Part shown: positions 19,281 to 27,101 of the stretch, piece by piece | Layout: every line of letters begins with the position of its first letter | Position numbering within the stretch: position 1 is the first letter of the stretch | Source of the DNA: Candidatus Parcubacteria bacterium | GTDB taxonomy: Bacteria > Patescibacteriota > Minisyncoccia > Phycocordibacterales > UBA918 | Reading direction: 5' to 3' | Assembly (NCBI GenBank): GCA_046050355.1 | Contig: JBJOPW010000003.1 | Location: 21,760 to 85,759 of the forward strand | DNA length: 64,000 nt | Notes under the pieces: generated by a model | What the model was told of the DNA's origin: nothing | Database searches by the model: none | The model's input: only the letters and a program-made list of their open reading frames with translations | Made by a program: the position numbers and the translations under genes

Positions 19281-19353
19281 TGCTTGGGGGCGGGCTCGAA
19301 CCGCCGACCCCTTCCTCTTCAGGGAAATGCTCTACCAACTGAGCTACCCAAGC
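19281..19353 (-). tRNA. tRNA-Phe(GAA)
   Basis: GCTTGGG/CCCAAGC acceptor stem; loop CTGAAGA. Confidence 0.95.
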
Positions 19354-19397
19354 AGTGAGGCACATTGTACCTGAATTTAAGTTTTTTTCAACTTTAA

Positions 19398-19853
19398 TTA
19401 CTGCCCCTCCCCACTAGGAAATCGAACGCTTTCAACAAGATAAGAAGTCTTCCCTCTCCATGGCCGAATCCCATATCTTTGCGAATATTTTATCTCTATG
19501 ATGTCGCCTGTCCTTGCCGCTTCTTCAAGCATAGAAATTAGCAAATAGTTATCGGCACTTTTCTCATCAATAGAAAAATCCCAACTTTCTACGTATGCAC
19601 CACTTTGTGTTACCCCAAGACTACCCTCATATGTTTTCCATAGCAAACCTTTATCACTCAATTTTACAACCTGTCCTATTCGTATTCCCTCACTATATTC
19701 AAAATCATAGGCAACTAAACCAATTGCAATTGGAATGAGGGTCGTAAATAGAATCACTGACAACGGTATACATAATACCAACAACCATGTCCACATTGTA
19801 GATTTTGATTTTCTACGTTTCTTTTTTTCACTTATAACTTCTGGAGTTTCCAT
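19398..19853 (-). CDS. Membrane-anchored conserved hypothetical protein
   Basis: TM segment followed by YSEGIRIG..KLSDKG..KTYEGSL motif. Confidence 0.75.
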   Translation of the reverse strand: METPEVISEKKKRRKSKSTMWTWLLVLCIPLSVILFTTLIPIAIGLVAYDFEYSEGIRIGQVVKLSDKGLLWKTYEGSLGVTQSGAYVESWDFSIDEKSADNYLLISMLEEAARTGDIIEIKYSQRYGIRPWRGKTSYLVESVRFPSGEGQ

Positions 19854-19861
19854 AATTATTT

Positions 19862-20161
19862 TTATTGGCCCATATACGTCTCAATCAGGCTTTCTATGAC
19901 GGTTGTGGGAACAGTAACACCATTTACCTCAATACCTGTCCCGGTACCCGTTGTGACGCCAATAAAGGCATTGTACAAGTAGTAATAGGCAAGCAGTGGA
20001 ATACCGAGAAGTATCGTGTACCAAATCACCTTAAAGATGAAGCGGCGGCGCTCACGCCGTTCTTGGCGAATCAAGAGCTCATTGTTCTGTCGCACCAGTT
20101 CTTGATTCTCCCGCAACAGCTTAATAATAAGCTCGTGTTGATCAGTTGGCATTGGGTCCAT
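19862..20161 (-). CDS. Small membrane protein
   Basis: Coiled-coil ENQEL..NNELL followed by a TM segment. Confidence 0.65.
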   Translation of the reverse strand: MDPMPTDQHELIIKLLRENQELVRQNNELLIRQERRERRRFIFKVIWYTILLGIPLLAYYYLYNAFIGVTTGTGTGIEVNGVTVPTTVIESLIETYMGQ

Positions 20162-20170
20162 ATGCTCTCA

Positions 20171-21349
20171 TTATACATCCCTTTGCTGGTGCGCGATGGA
20201 TTGATGTAGAAAGACAAACGCGAGCATTGCGAGGGTACCGGCGACTAGACCTGAAGCCAAAAAGGCAGTCTCGAGCGACCAGACGTCAGCTACCCAACCG
20301 ATAACCGGTGACACAATAGCAAAAAATAATCGTGTGTAGAGTGAGTTTAGAGAAATGACGGTAGCCCGAATATCAGATGGTGTTTGTTTGTGAAGGAAGT
20401 CGAGCATAATTGGATGCAAAATTCCACGAAGTAACCACGCGAGAGACATCACCGCCACCGCGGCCAGACCAATCCCAAAACTAAGGAGTATAAATACCAT
20501 TCCCACTACCCCACCGCTGAGGCCAAACAATAGTGAAAAGCCAAGACGTCGCTGCAAACGATGCGCAATATACGAACCAAATGCAGTTATTGCATTATAA
20601 GAAGCCCAGAGCACTCCAAATAACACCAAAGGAACACCTATCTCTTGCCAATATGGTTGTGCCATCCAGACGAGCAATAAACCCGACGAAAATAATATGC
20701 CCGTAAAGATATTCATATGAAGAATAGTTTTGTTCTCATACAGCGCATACCGGAGTGCTCCCAATAAATCTTTCCGTTGACGATGTCCAATCTCCATCTT
20801 TGGTTCTTTAAGCAAAAAAGTAAGCGGTATCGAACAAAGCATCACAAAAAACTGTATATATAAAACCACCGTAACTGAGTACCAGCTAGCCAAGAGACCC
20901 CCTAAGATTGCTGCTGAAGCTTCTGAGAGCCGTGCAATACTGAGCATGCGACCTTCAATCTTGGTGTGTTTATCAGTAGCGTTGTATTGCTTAAGGGTGT
21001 CATACAACAAAGCTGAGTCGGCTCCAGATATAAACGATATCGAAACAGCTAACAATAACTCTGCGGTAGCAAAACCCCAAAAGTCACCCGATAACGCATA
21101 CGCGAGGTACCCGAGACTGCCGAATACCATACCAATGACTAGCGAATATTTGCGCCCGAAACGATCAGCGAAATAACCCGATGGCACTTCCAGTGCAACG
21201 ATAGCTACCGAAAAAAGTACTTGGAGCAAGAAGACATCTTGCATCGATAATCCCACATCGAGCCAATAGAGCGTAATGATGGGAATCATCAATAAAAAGG
21301 CTCGAATTGCTCGAACTATGAGAAGAAGTGTAATTTGTCGTTGCATCAA
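20171..21349 (-). CDS. MFS transporter
   Basis: EVPSGYFADRFGRK, SGADSALLYD, about 12 TM segments. Confidence 0.92.
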   Translation of the reverse strand: MMQRQITLLLIVRAIRAFLLMIPIITLYWLDVGLSMQDVFLLQVLFSVAIVALEVPSGYFADRFGRKYSLVIGMVFGSLGYLAYALSGDFWGFATAELLLAVSISFISGADSALLYDTLKQYNATDKHTKIEGRMLSIARLSEASAAILGGLLASWYSVTVVLYIQFFVMLCSIPLTFLLKEPKMEIGHRQRKDLLGALRYALYENKTILHMNIFTGILFSSGLLLVWMAQPYWQEIGVPLVLFGVLWASYNAITAFGSYIAHRLQRRLGFSLLFGLSGGVVGMVFILLSFGIGLAAVAVMSLAWLLRGILHPIMLDFLHKQTPSDIRATVISLNSLYTRLFFAIVSPVIGWVADVWSLETAFLASGLVAGTLAMLAFVFLHQSIAHQQRDV

Positions 21350-21408
21350 ACAATCGTATCACAAACCCTCACTTCCCGACTATTTTTGTGCTACGATACC
21401 CCGTACAA

Positions 21409-21480
21409 GCCCCCGTAGCACAACGGATAGTGCAGTCCCGTCCTAAGGGAACGATCTGGGTTCGATTCCTGGCGAGGGCA
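21409..21480 (+). tRNA. tRNA-Arg(CCT)
   Basis: Cloverleaf; loop GTCCTAA; GGTTCGATTCC. Confidence 0.9.
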
Positions 21481-21720
21481 CACAAACGTAAAAGAAAAGC
21501 ACTCTTTATCTAAAGAGTGCTTTTCTTTTAGTAAGCAATCAGTATTGCTTACGTACACTTGTGTGAGACGGAACGATGTTTTCGCTATTCCTAATGCCAA
21601 AACGAGTGAGTCGGGGTCGAGAACACTTAGTAGTTTAGAAGCGTAGCGAACTAATATACTTAGTGATTCGTGACTATTGTTAAACAACAAAACCTTTCTG
21701 TTAACAGAAAGGTTTTGTTT
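21481..21720 (+). repeat. tRNA-Arg trailer: hairpins plus family A element copy 3
   Basis: Long hairpin 21489-21530; ACGATGTTTT..CAAAACGAG and GGGTCG..ACTTAG..AGCGTAGCGAA..CTTAGT..TGAC modules; terminator 21686-21720. Confidence 0.6.
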
Positions 21721-21735
21721 ATGGTTGCTCAAAAC

Positions 21736-21972
21736 TTACACTCCCAGGAGTTCCTTCACCTTGGCTTCATCAAATCCCACAATCACATCGTCTTCGATAC
21801 GAATTACGGGCACACCCATCTGACCGGTCATATCTACCATCTCCTTACGCTTTTCAAGATCACTCGCCACGTCGTGTTCAGTAAAGGCGATGTTATGCTC
21901 AGCAAAAAAATCCTTGGCCATGTGGCAGTAGTGGCAAACCGGAGTACTATAAATGGTGACAGTTTTACTCAT
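21736..21972 (-). CDS. Glutaredoxin-like protein (NrdH/YruB type)
   Basis: YSTPVCHYC, GVPV, VGFD. Confidence 0.92.
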   Translation of the reverse strand: MSKTVTIYSTPVCHYCHMAKDFFAEHNIAFTEHDVASDLEKRKEMVDMTGQMGVPVIRIEDDVIVGFDEAKVKELLGV

Positions 21973-22007
21973 ATACAATTTCTTATGTTTATGACAATAA
22001 GTATACC

Positions 22008-22385
22008 TTACCGCCAAAAAATATACCAGGGAGGGGTATCCGGCGTTGGTGGTAGTGGTGTCACATCACTGTCACTTTTCTCTTCATCTACAATGATCAC
22101 CACCTGCTCGCCTGGTTGCGCAACATCAAAGTTGCGACGCATTTCAGCCTCCATTCCCCGCTCACTGCTTAGGTATTCAACTTTATCTTTGATATGTTCC
22201 TTGCGTCCGACTAACTCAGATACCCGTACTTCCGCTTCAGCTCGGCGGTTAGCCATGTCTCGCTCAATAGTATACCGATCAATTACCACCCACAACAAAA
22301 AAATACACACGGTACCGAGTATACCCACCACCCACCAGGATTTGAGCACGCCGCGCCAACTGCGCTTTTCGTAAAACTGCAACAT
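22008..22385 (-). CDS. Septum formation initiator (FtsB/DivIC-like)
   Basis: TM, coiled coil, E..R.NF..AQPGEQV. Confidence 0.8.
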   Translation of the reverse strand: MLQFYEKRSWRGVLKSWWVVGILGTVCIFLLWVVIDRYTIERDMANRRAEAEVRVSELVGRKEHIKDKVEYLSSERGMEAEMRRNFDVAQPGEQVVIIVDEEKSDSDVTPLPPTPDTPPWYIFWR

Positions 22386-22420
22386 ATGGTACTATTCTAG
22401 CATTAAATTGTTAGTCGCCT

Positions 22421-22534
22421 ATGAGTTTTCTCTACCACAAAAACACCAAGAAAATTATCAAATGGATTTGGATTGTCATCGCCAGCCTCATCGTAGCCAG
22501 TATGGTCGCCAGCCTCTTCGCCGGCTACATGTAA
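22421..22534 (+). CDS. Small single-TM protein (37 aa, DUF4044-like)
   Basis: MSFLYHKNTKKIIKWIWIVIASLIVASMVASLFAGYM; below the ORF-track cut-off. Confidence 0.5.
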   Translation: MSFLYHKNTKKIIKWIWIVIASLIVASMVASLFAGYM

Positions 22535-22535
22535 T

Positions 22536-23177
22536 ATGATCGACACCGAAGCAACACCTAAGACCCCCGAATCACTGTATCGTGAAGCGGCTATACTCCT
22601 CCGAAAGCTAACCGAACAAATGCCTGACATGACTTTGCCTGATGAGCCGTGGACTCTTGATGATATGGGCAAGCCTGTACTAAGTGAAATTTTTACTGAC
22701 ATGGAATTTTTACTTGCTACCGATGATGATCCTGTCGCAGATCGTCTATATGCTGAAATGTATAAATTATTCCAAGAAGCCGAAAGATTGCCTCGCGAGT
22801 CTACACCCAACGAAAGCGAACAATTACGGACGGAAGTCAGTGAGTTTCTGAAAGTGTACGACGATGAGACACTACATCATCTCACTTTAGCTACAACCTG
22901 GGAATTAGCGAAGTCAGATGAACTAAGAACGTTGTTGCGCGACACTACTTTTAGAGACTTCCACGCAAAAATGACTGAAATGGTCATGACTCCAGAAATT
23001 CGAGACCCCGAGTCAAGAACAAACCCTGAATATGATTGGTTCTGGAAAGAAATGCTCCCGCAGTTTTTGAAAATTCGTAGTGCTCATGGTCGATATATGC
23101 ATGATGTCCTCACCCACGACATGCCAAATTGGACACCGCTACTTGATTATTGCAAGGTAGCCAGCAATGAATTATAA
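22536..23177 (+). CDS. Hypothetical protein
   Basis: 213-aa acidic ORF followed by terminator 23207-23234. Confidence 0.65.
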   Translation: MIDTEATPKTPESLYREAAILLRKLTEQMPDMTLPDEPWTLDDMGKPVLSEIFTDMEFLLATDDDPVADRLYAEMYKLFQEAERLPRESTPNESEQLRTEVSEFLKVYDDETLHHLTLATTWELAKSDELRTLLRDTTFRDFHAKMTEMVMTPEIRDPESRTNPEYDWFWKEMLPQFLKIRSAHGRYMHDVLTHDMPNWTPLLDYCKVASNEL

Positions 23178-23260
23178 TCGTCATCCTATCACGCAACACT
23201 TGCACCAAAAGACCGCCCTGAAGGCGGTCTTTTTGTTTATACTTCGTTTCGTGAAAGTGA

Positions 23261-23369
23261 CTTATTTCGAGATGGATGCGAGGCGGATGAGCAAAAATAT
23301 GAGGAGGTGTACTCGTTGTACATTGACTCATATTTTTGCTCATCCAACAAAGCAGACGCTCAAAATTAG
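23261..23369. mobile_element. MITE-like palindromic element, family B copy 1 (at the lepA stop)
   Basis: CTTA...TTAG ends; core GATGCGAGGCG..GGAGGTGTAC..GTACATTGAC..CAACAAAGCAG; perfect 19-bp internal stem. Confidence 0.6.
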
Positions 23370-25159
23370 TCACTTTTGACCATTTTCATGAAAACGTCTT
23401 GGGGGATGTTTACCCGATTCTTGCCCAACTCGAGCGCCTTCTTCTTCCCTTTCTTCTGCTTCTCAAGCAGCTTCATCTTGCGGGTGATGTCGCCACCGTA
23501 GAGGTAGCCGGTCACGTCTTTACGAAACGCTGAAAGCGACCGAGAGGCGATAATTTTACCGCGCACCTTCGCTTGGAGCTTCGTCACAAACTGCTGGCGA
23601 GGCATGTTGTCGTAGAGCTTGTCGACGACAGCGCGCGCATCAAATTCGGCACGTCGTTCGCCGACGACACGCGAAAATGCCGTGATAAGCTCCTCAGCCA
23701 CGAGCACATCCATGCGTACCACGGTCGCTGGGCGCATCTCAGCAATCTCGTAGGAGAGCGATGCGTAGCCACTACTGGCGTTTTTGAGTTTATCAAAGAA
23801 GTTCCGCATCAGTTCACGTAGTGGCATCTCAATCGTGATCAAGTTACGGCCGTCTTTGAGGACCTCGGTATCAATGATACTGCCTTCGTGGTCAAAGAGG
23901 AGGGTCATGATGTTACCAAGGTGATCAACTGGCGTAATAATCTGCCCCAAGAGCCACGGTTCGCGCACTGATACTTTCTCCCCATGATCAGGAAAACGTG
24001 AAGCAGCATAAATAGACTCAATATGCCCATCATCAAACGTTACTTCGTATGCAATCGAAGGTGAGGTAATAATAATCTCAATATCAAATTCACGGCGCAG
24101 GCGCTCGGTTACAATTTCGAGATGAAGCATGCCGAGGAAACCGCAGCGGAAGCCGCGACCAAGCACACCTGACGATTCTTCTTCGTACGAAAGCGAGGAA
24201 TCAGAGAGTTTTAGCCGGTCAAGAGCCTGCCTCAGCATGGTGAAATCATCCTGGCTATCCGGGAAGATAGAGGCCCAGACTACCGGCCGCGCTGGCGCAT
24301 AGCCTGGCAGTGGTGGAGCAGGTTTTTTCTCAAGCGTGAGGGTGTCACCGACGGTGGCTACCCCCGGCTCTTTGATGCCGGTAACGATGTAACCAATTTC
24401 ACCCTCGGAAATCTTCTCACACGGCACTTCGCTTGGCGTCACCATACCAACTTCAAGGGCGGTGAAGCTTTTACCTCCAGCCACAAAACAGAGCTGATCA
24501 CCTTTCTTTACTTCCCCGTCAAACACGCGCATAAAGACAATGACGCCCCGGTGGTTTGAGTACGTGAAGTCAAAGATGAGTCCGCGGTACGCATCAAGCT
24601 CACTCGGCTTTGGCGCGGGAATACGATCACAGATAGCCGCGAGGAGTTCAGGTACCCCGGCGCCAGTCTTCCCTGATACGAGGAGAATATCCGACCGCTC
24701 ACACCCCAAGAGTTCCATCACTGATTCGGCGATTTCATCCGGTCGGGAGTGGGCCATGTCGGTCTTGGTGAGCACCGGAATGATGGTGAGGCCTTGCTCA
24801 CGAGCCATCGAGAGTGTCGTCAGTGTCTGGGCCTGAATCCCTTGTGTGCTATCAACAAGGAGAAGCACACCCTCCACCGCCTTCAGGGCACGCGATACCT
24901 CATACGAGAAGTCAATGTGGCCTGGGGTATCGATGAGGTTAAGCTGGTGCTCGACACCATTGTGTACAAACTTCATGCGTACCGGCTGCATCTTGATCGT
25001 AATCCCCCGCTCCCGCTCGAGCTCCATGGAGTCGAGGACCTGCTCTTTCATCTTGCGGGCTTCGACCGTCCGGGTCGTCTCGAGCATACGGTCAGCCAAG
25101 GTCGACTTGCCGTGGTCGATGTGGGCAATGATGCTGAAATTTCTAATATGGGTGGTCAT
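23366..25159 (-). CDS. lepA: Elongation factor 4
   Basis: AHIDHGKSTLADR, DTPGH, GFRCGFLGMLH, YGGDITRK. Confidence 0.98.
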   Translation of the reverse strand: MTTHIRNFSIIAHIDHGKSTLADRMLETTRTVEARKMKEQVLDSMELERERGITIKMQPVRMKFVHNGVEHQLNLIDTPGHIDFSYEVSRALKAVEGVLLLVDSTQGIQAQTLTTLSMAREQGLTIIPVLTKTDMAHSRPDEIAESVMELLGCERSDILLVSGKTGAGVPELLAAICDRIPAPKPSELDAYRGLIFDFTYSNHRGVIVFMRVFDGEVKKGDQLCFVAGGKSFTALEVGMVTPSEVPCEKISEGEIGYIVTGIKEPGVATVGDTLTLEKKPAPPLPGYAPARPVVWASIFPDSQDDFTMLRQALDRLKLSDSSLSYEEESSGVLGRGFRCGFLGMLHLEIVTERLRREFDIEIIITSPSIAYEVTFDDGHIESIYAASRFPDHGEKVSVREPWLLGQIITPVDHLGNIMTLLFDHEGSIIDTEVLKDGRNLITIEMPLRELMRNFFDKLKNASSGYASLSYEIAEMRPATVVRMDVLVAEELITAFSRVVGERRAEFDARAVVDKLYDNMPRQQFVTKLQAKVRGKIIASRSLSAFRKDVTGYLYGGDITRKMKLLEKQKKGKKKALELGKNRVNIPQDVFMKMVKSD

Positions 25160-25297
25160 AAATTGTTCCTACAGTACCGCAAAATAGCAATAAATACCAG
25201 TCGAGACAACTTACGACGAATTCATCGAGCATGGTCAAAAGTTCCTTAGACGACAAGTAAAAGTGTAAATTGAAAACAAGCATAGGTCACTTTGTTA

Positions 25298-25423
25298 CTA
25301 AAACTTTTCAAATTACTTCAGATGCGCGGCGTCAAGGATTGAGAATTGGAGGCGAATTTTTTATACGATGACAATTCGAAGGACGCAGACAACAAAGCAG
25401 CTGAACAATTTGGGAAGTTTTAG
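25298..25423. mobile_element. MITE-like element, family B copy 2 (at the murJ stop)
   Basis: CTAAAACTTTTCAAATT / AATTTGGGAAGTTTTAG inverted ends; GATGCGCGGCG..CAACAAAGCAG core. Confidence 0.6.
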
Positions 25424-27099
25424 AGGATGTCTGGTTGAGGAGCAACAACATCAGTCTTCCAGATTCGCATCTTAAAGGACTTGGTGATTTCTGTCAGCTC
25501 TGGCGAACGGAGCACATAATACGTAGCTACGACGCCAGCCACACCAAATAGAGCTCCCGTCAAACCTTGAATAAAGATACCAATAAATTTGTCTTGATTG
25601 ACACCTTCAACGACAAACGCGAGCGCTAGATACGCTACGAGACTACCGAGAATTCCCGCAAGCAACGCTCTTGCAAAGGACATAAACAAGTTCTTCCACG
25701 GTAATGAGAATCGCCAAGAAAACAAACAAAACATGACAATCAACTCAATGATAATACCAAGCAAAAATCCAAGCGGTATCATCAGTACCTCGACTCCAAC
25801 CACGCCATTAAGACGCAAGGCCTCAGTCACCAAGGTAGCAAAACTGGCCGTCTCCGCAAAAAGCCTTGTACAAACATATGCCCCCACTGCTCCAACTCCA
25901 GTACCCAAAGCGGTCACGAGAAGGGGCGTACGAGTCAAGCCGCCAGCGTAAAAAGCCCGCACCAAGAGCAATAGTATCGCCTGCCCCACCAACGTGAGGA
26001 CAAACAAGGCCAACGCCGCCGCCACCAGTCTTGTATCATCCCAATTAAATGATCCACTCCCGAGCAGTACGCGAACAATCTGGGCACGCAGTACAATCAC
26101 GAGCGCAGTGATGGGAATCGCCCAAAAGATAATATGTCGTAAGGCAGTTGTCACATACGCCACAAACTTTTTTTCTTCCTTTTTTGCGAGCAAATCTGCT
26201 AGCACCGGAAAGGCTGCTACCGAATAACTCATGCCAACAATGGCGAGCGGGACTGATTGTAAATTGTAAGCAAATTGCAAAACCGCTACGGAACCAACAG
26301 CCAAACTACTCGCAATCATCACAAATACAATCATCTGTAGTTGCCCAAAAGACAAAGTTAATGCCCGTGGTAATGCTACCTGCGCCACCGACCAAACAAG
26401 ACGCCAGTCAATTTTCCATACCAAACCAAAGGCCAAACGTGTCCTCATAACAAGTGGCCACTGCACTACCATATGACCAGCCGCCCCGAGCACAACACCG
26501 AAAGCCAAGCCCGGAAGGCCCCAAAGAGGAAAGAACACCAGCGCCCCAATAATAATACCCACATTGTATAAAAGTGGAGACAGTGCGTATAAAACAAAGC
26601 GGTGATGTATCTGTGTAACCACCCCGAATAAACTTGAAATACCGAGTAAAAACGGCTGCACCAGCAAGATACGGAGTATCGTTACAATCTGTGTGTATGC
26701 TTCAGGCGAAAAACCTGGGAAAAGTTTTGGTACGATAAACGGCGCACAAATCGCCGCCACAACAGCGACGGTTATATAAAAGAACAAAAAGAGCGAGAAC
26801 ATCTGTGCCAAGACGGCTCGACCACCCGCACCATCGTCTTCTACCTCAGCTCTGGTCACAAACGGCAACAATACATAGACAGATAACACCGACGCAAATA
26901 ACACAAATAAGAGATCGGGAATACGAAAAGCAGCATAGTAGAGATCAAGTTCATAACCAGCCCCAAATTGATGGGCCAGTATGCGGTCGCGAACAATGGC
27001 GAGCAGTTGTGAAGCGAGCGTAAAGAGGGCAAGGACATAGGCTGCCTGATGCAGGCCGCGCACCTCACGGTACAGAAGATTAAAGACACGTGTTACCAT
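25420..27099 (-). CDS. murJ: Lipid II flippase MurJ
   Basis: RDRILAHQFGAG, AAFRIPD, RAFYA; 14-TM pattern. Confidence 0.92.
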   Translation of the reverse strand: MVTRVFNLLYREVRGLHQAAYVLALFTLASQLLAIVRDRILAHQFGAGYELDLYYAAFRIPDLLFVLFASVLSVYVLLPFVTRAEVEDDGAGGRAVLAQMFSLFLFFYITVAVVAAICAPFIVPKLFPGFSPEAYTQIVTILRILLVQPFLLGISSLFGVVTQIHHRFVLYALSPLLYNVGIIIGALVFFPLWGLPGLAFGVVLGAAGHMVVQWPLVMRTRLAFGLVWKIDWRLVWSVAQVALPRALTLSFGQLQMIVFVMIASSLAVGSVAVLQFAYNLQSVPLAIVGMSYSVAAFPVLADLLAKKEEKKFVAYVTTALRHIIFWAIPITALVIVLRAQIVRVLLGSGSFNWDDTRLVAAALALFVLTLVGQAILLLLVRAFYAGGLTRTPLLVTALGTGVGAVGAYVCTRLFAETASFATLVTEALRLNGVVGVEVLMIPLGFLLGIIIELIVMFCLFSWRFSLPWKNLFMSFARALLAGILGSLVAYLALAFVVEGVNQDKFIGIFIQGLTGALFGVAGVVATYYVLRSPELTEITKSFKMRIWKTDVVAPQPDIL

Positions 27100-27101
27100 A
27101 T

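Noticed and set aside
18951-19365. ORFs 18951-19277, 19067-19249 and 19177-19365
   Set aside because: Overlap tRNA-Phe and its palindromic trailer; non-coding is more parsimonious
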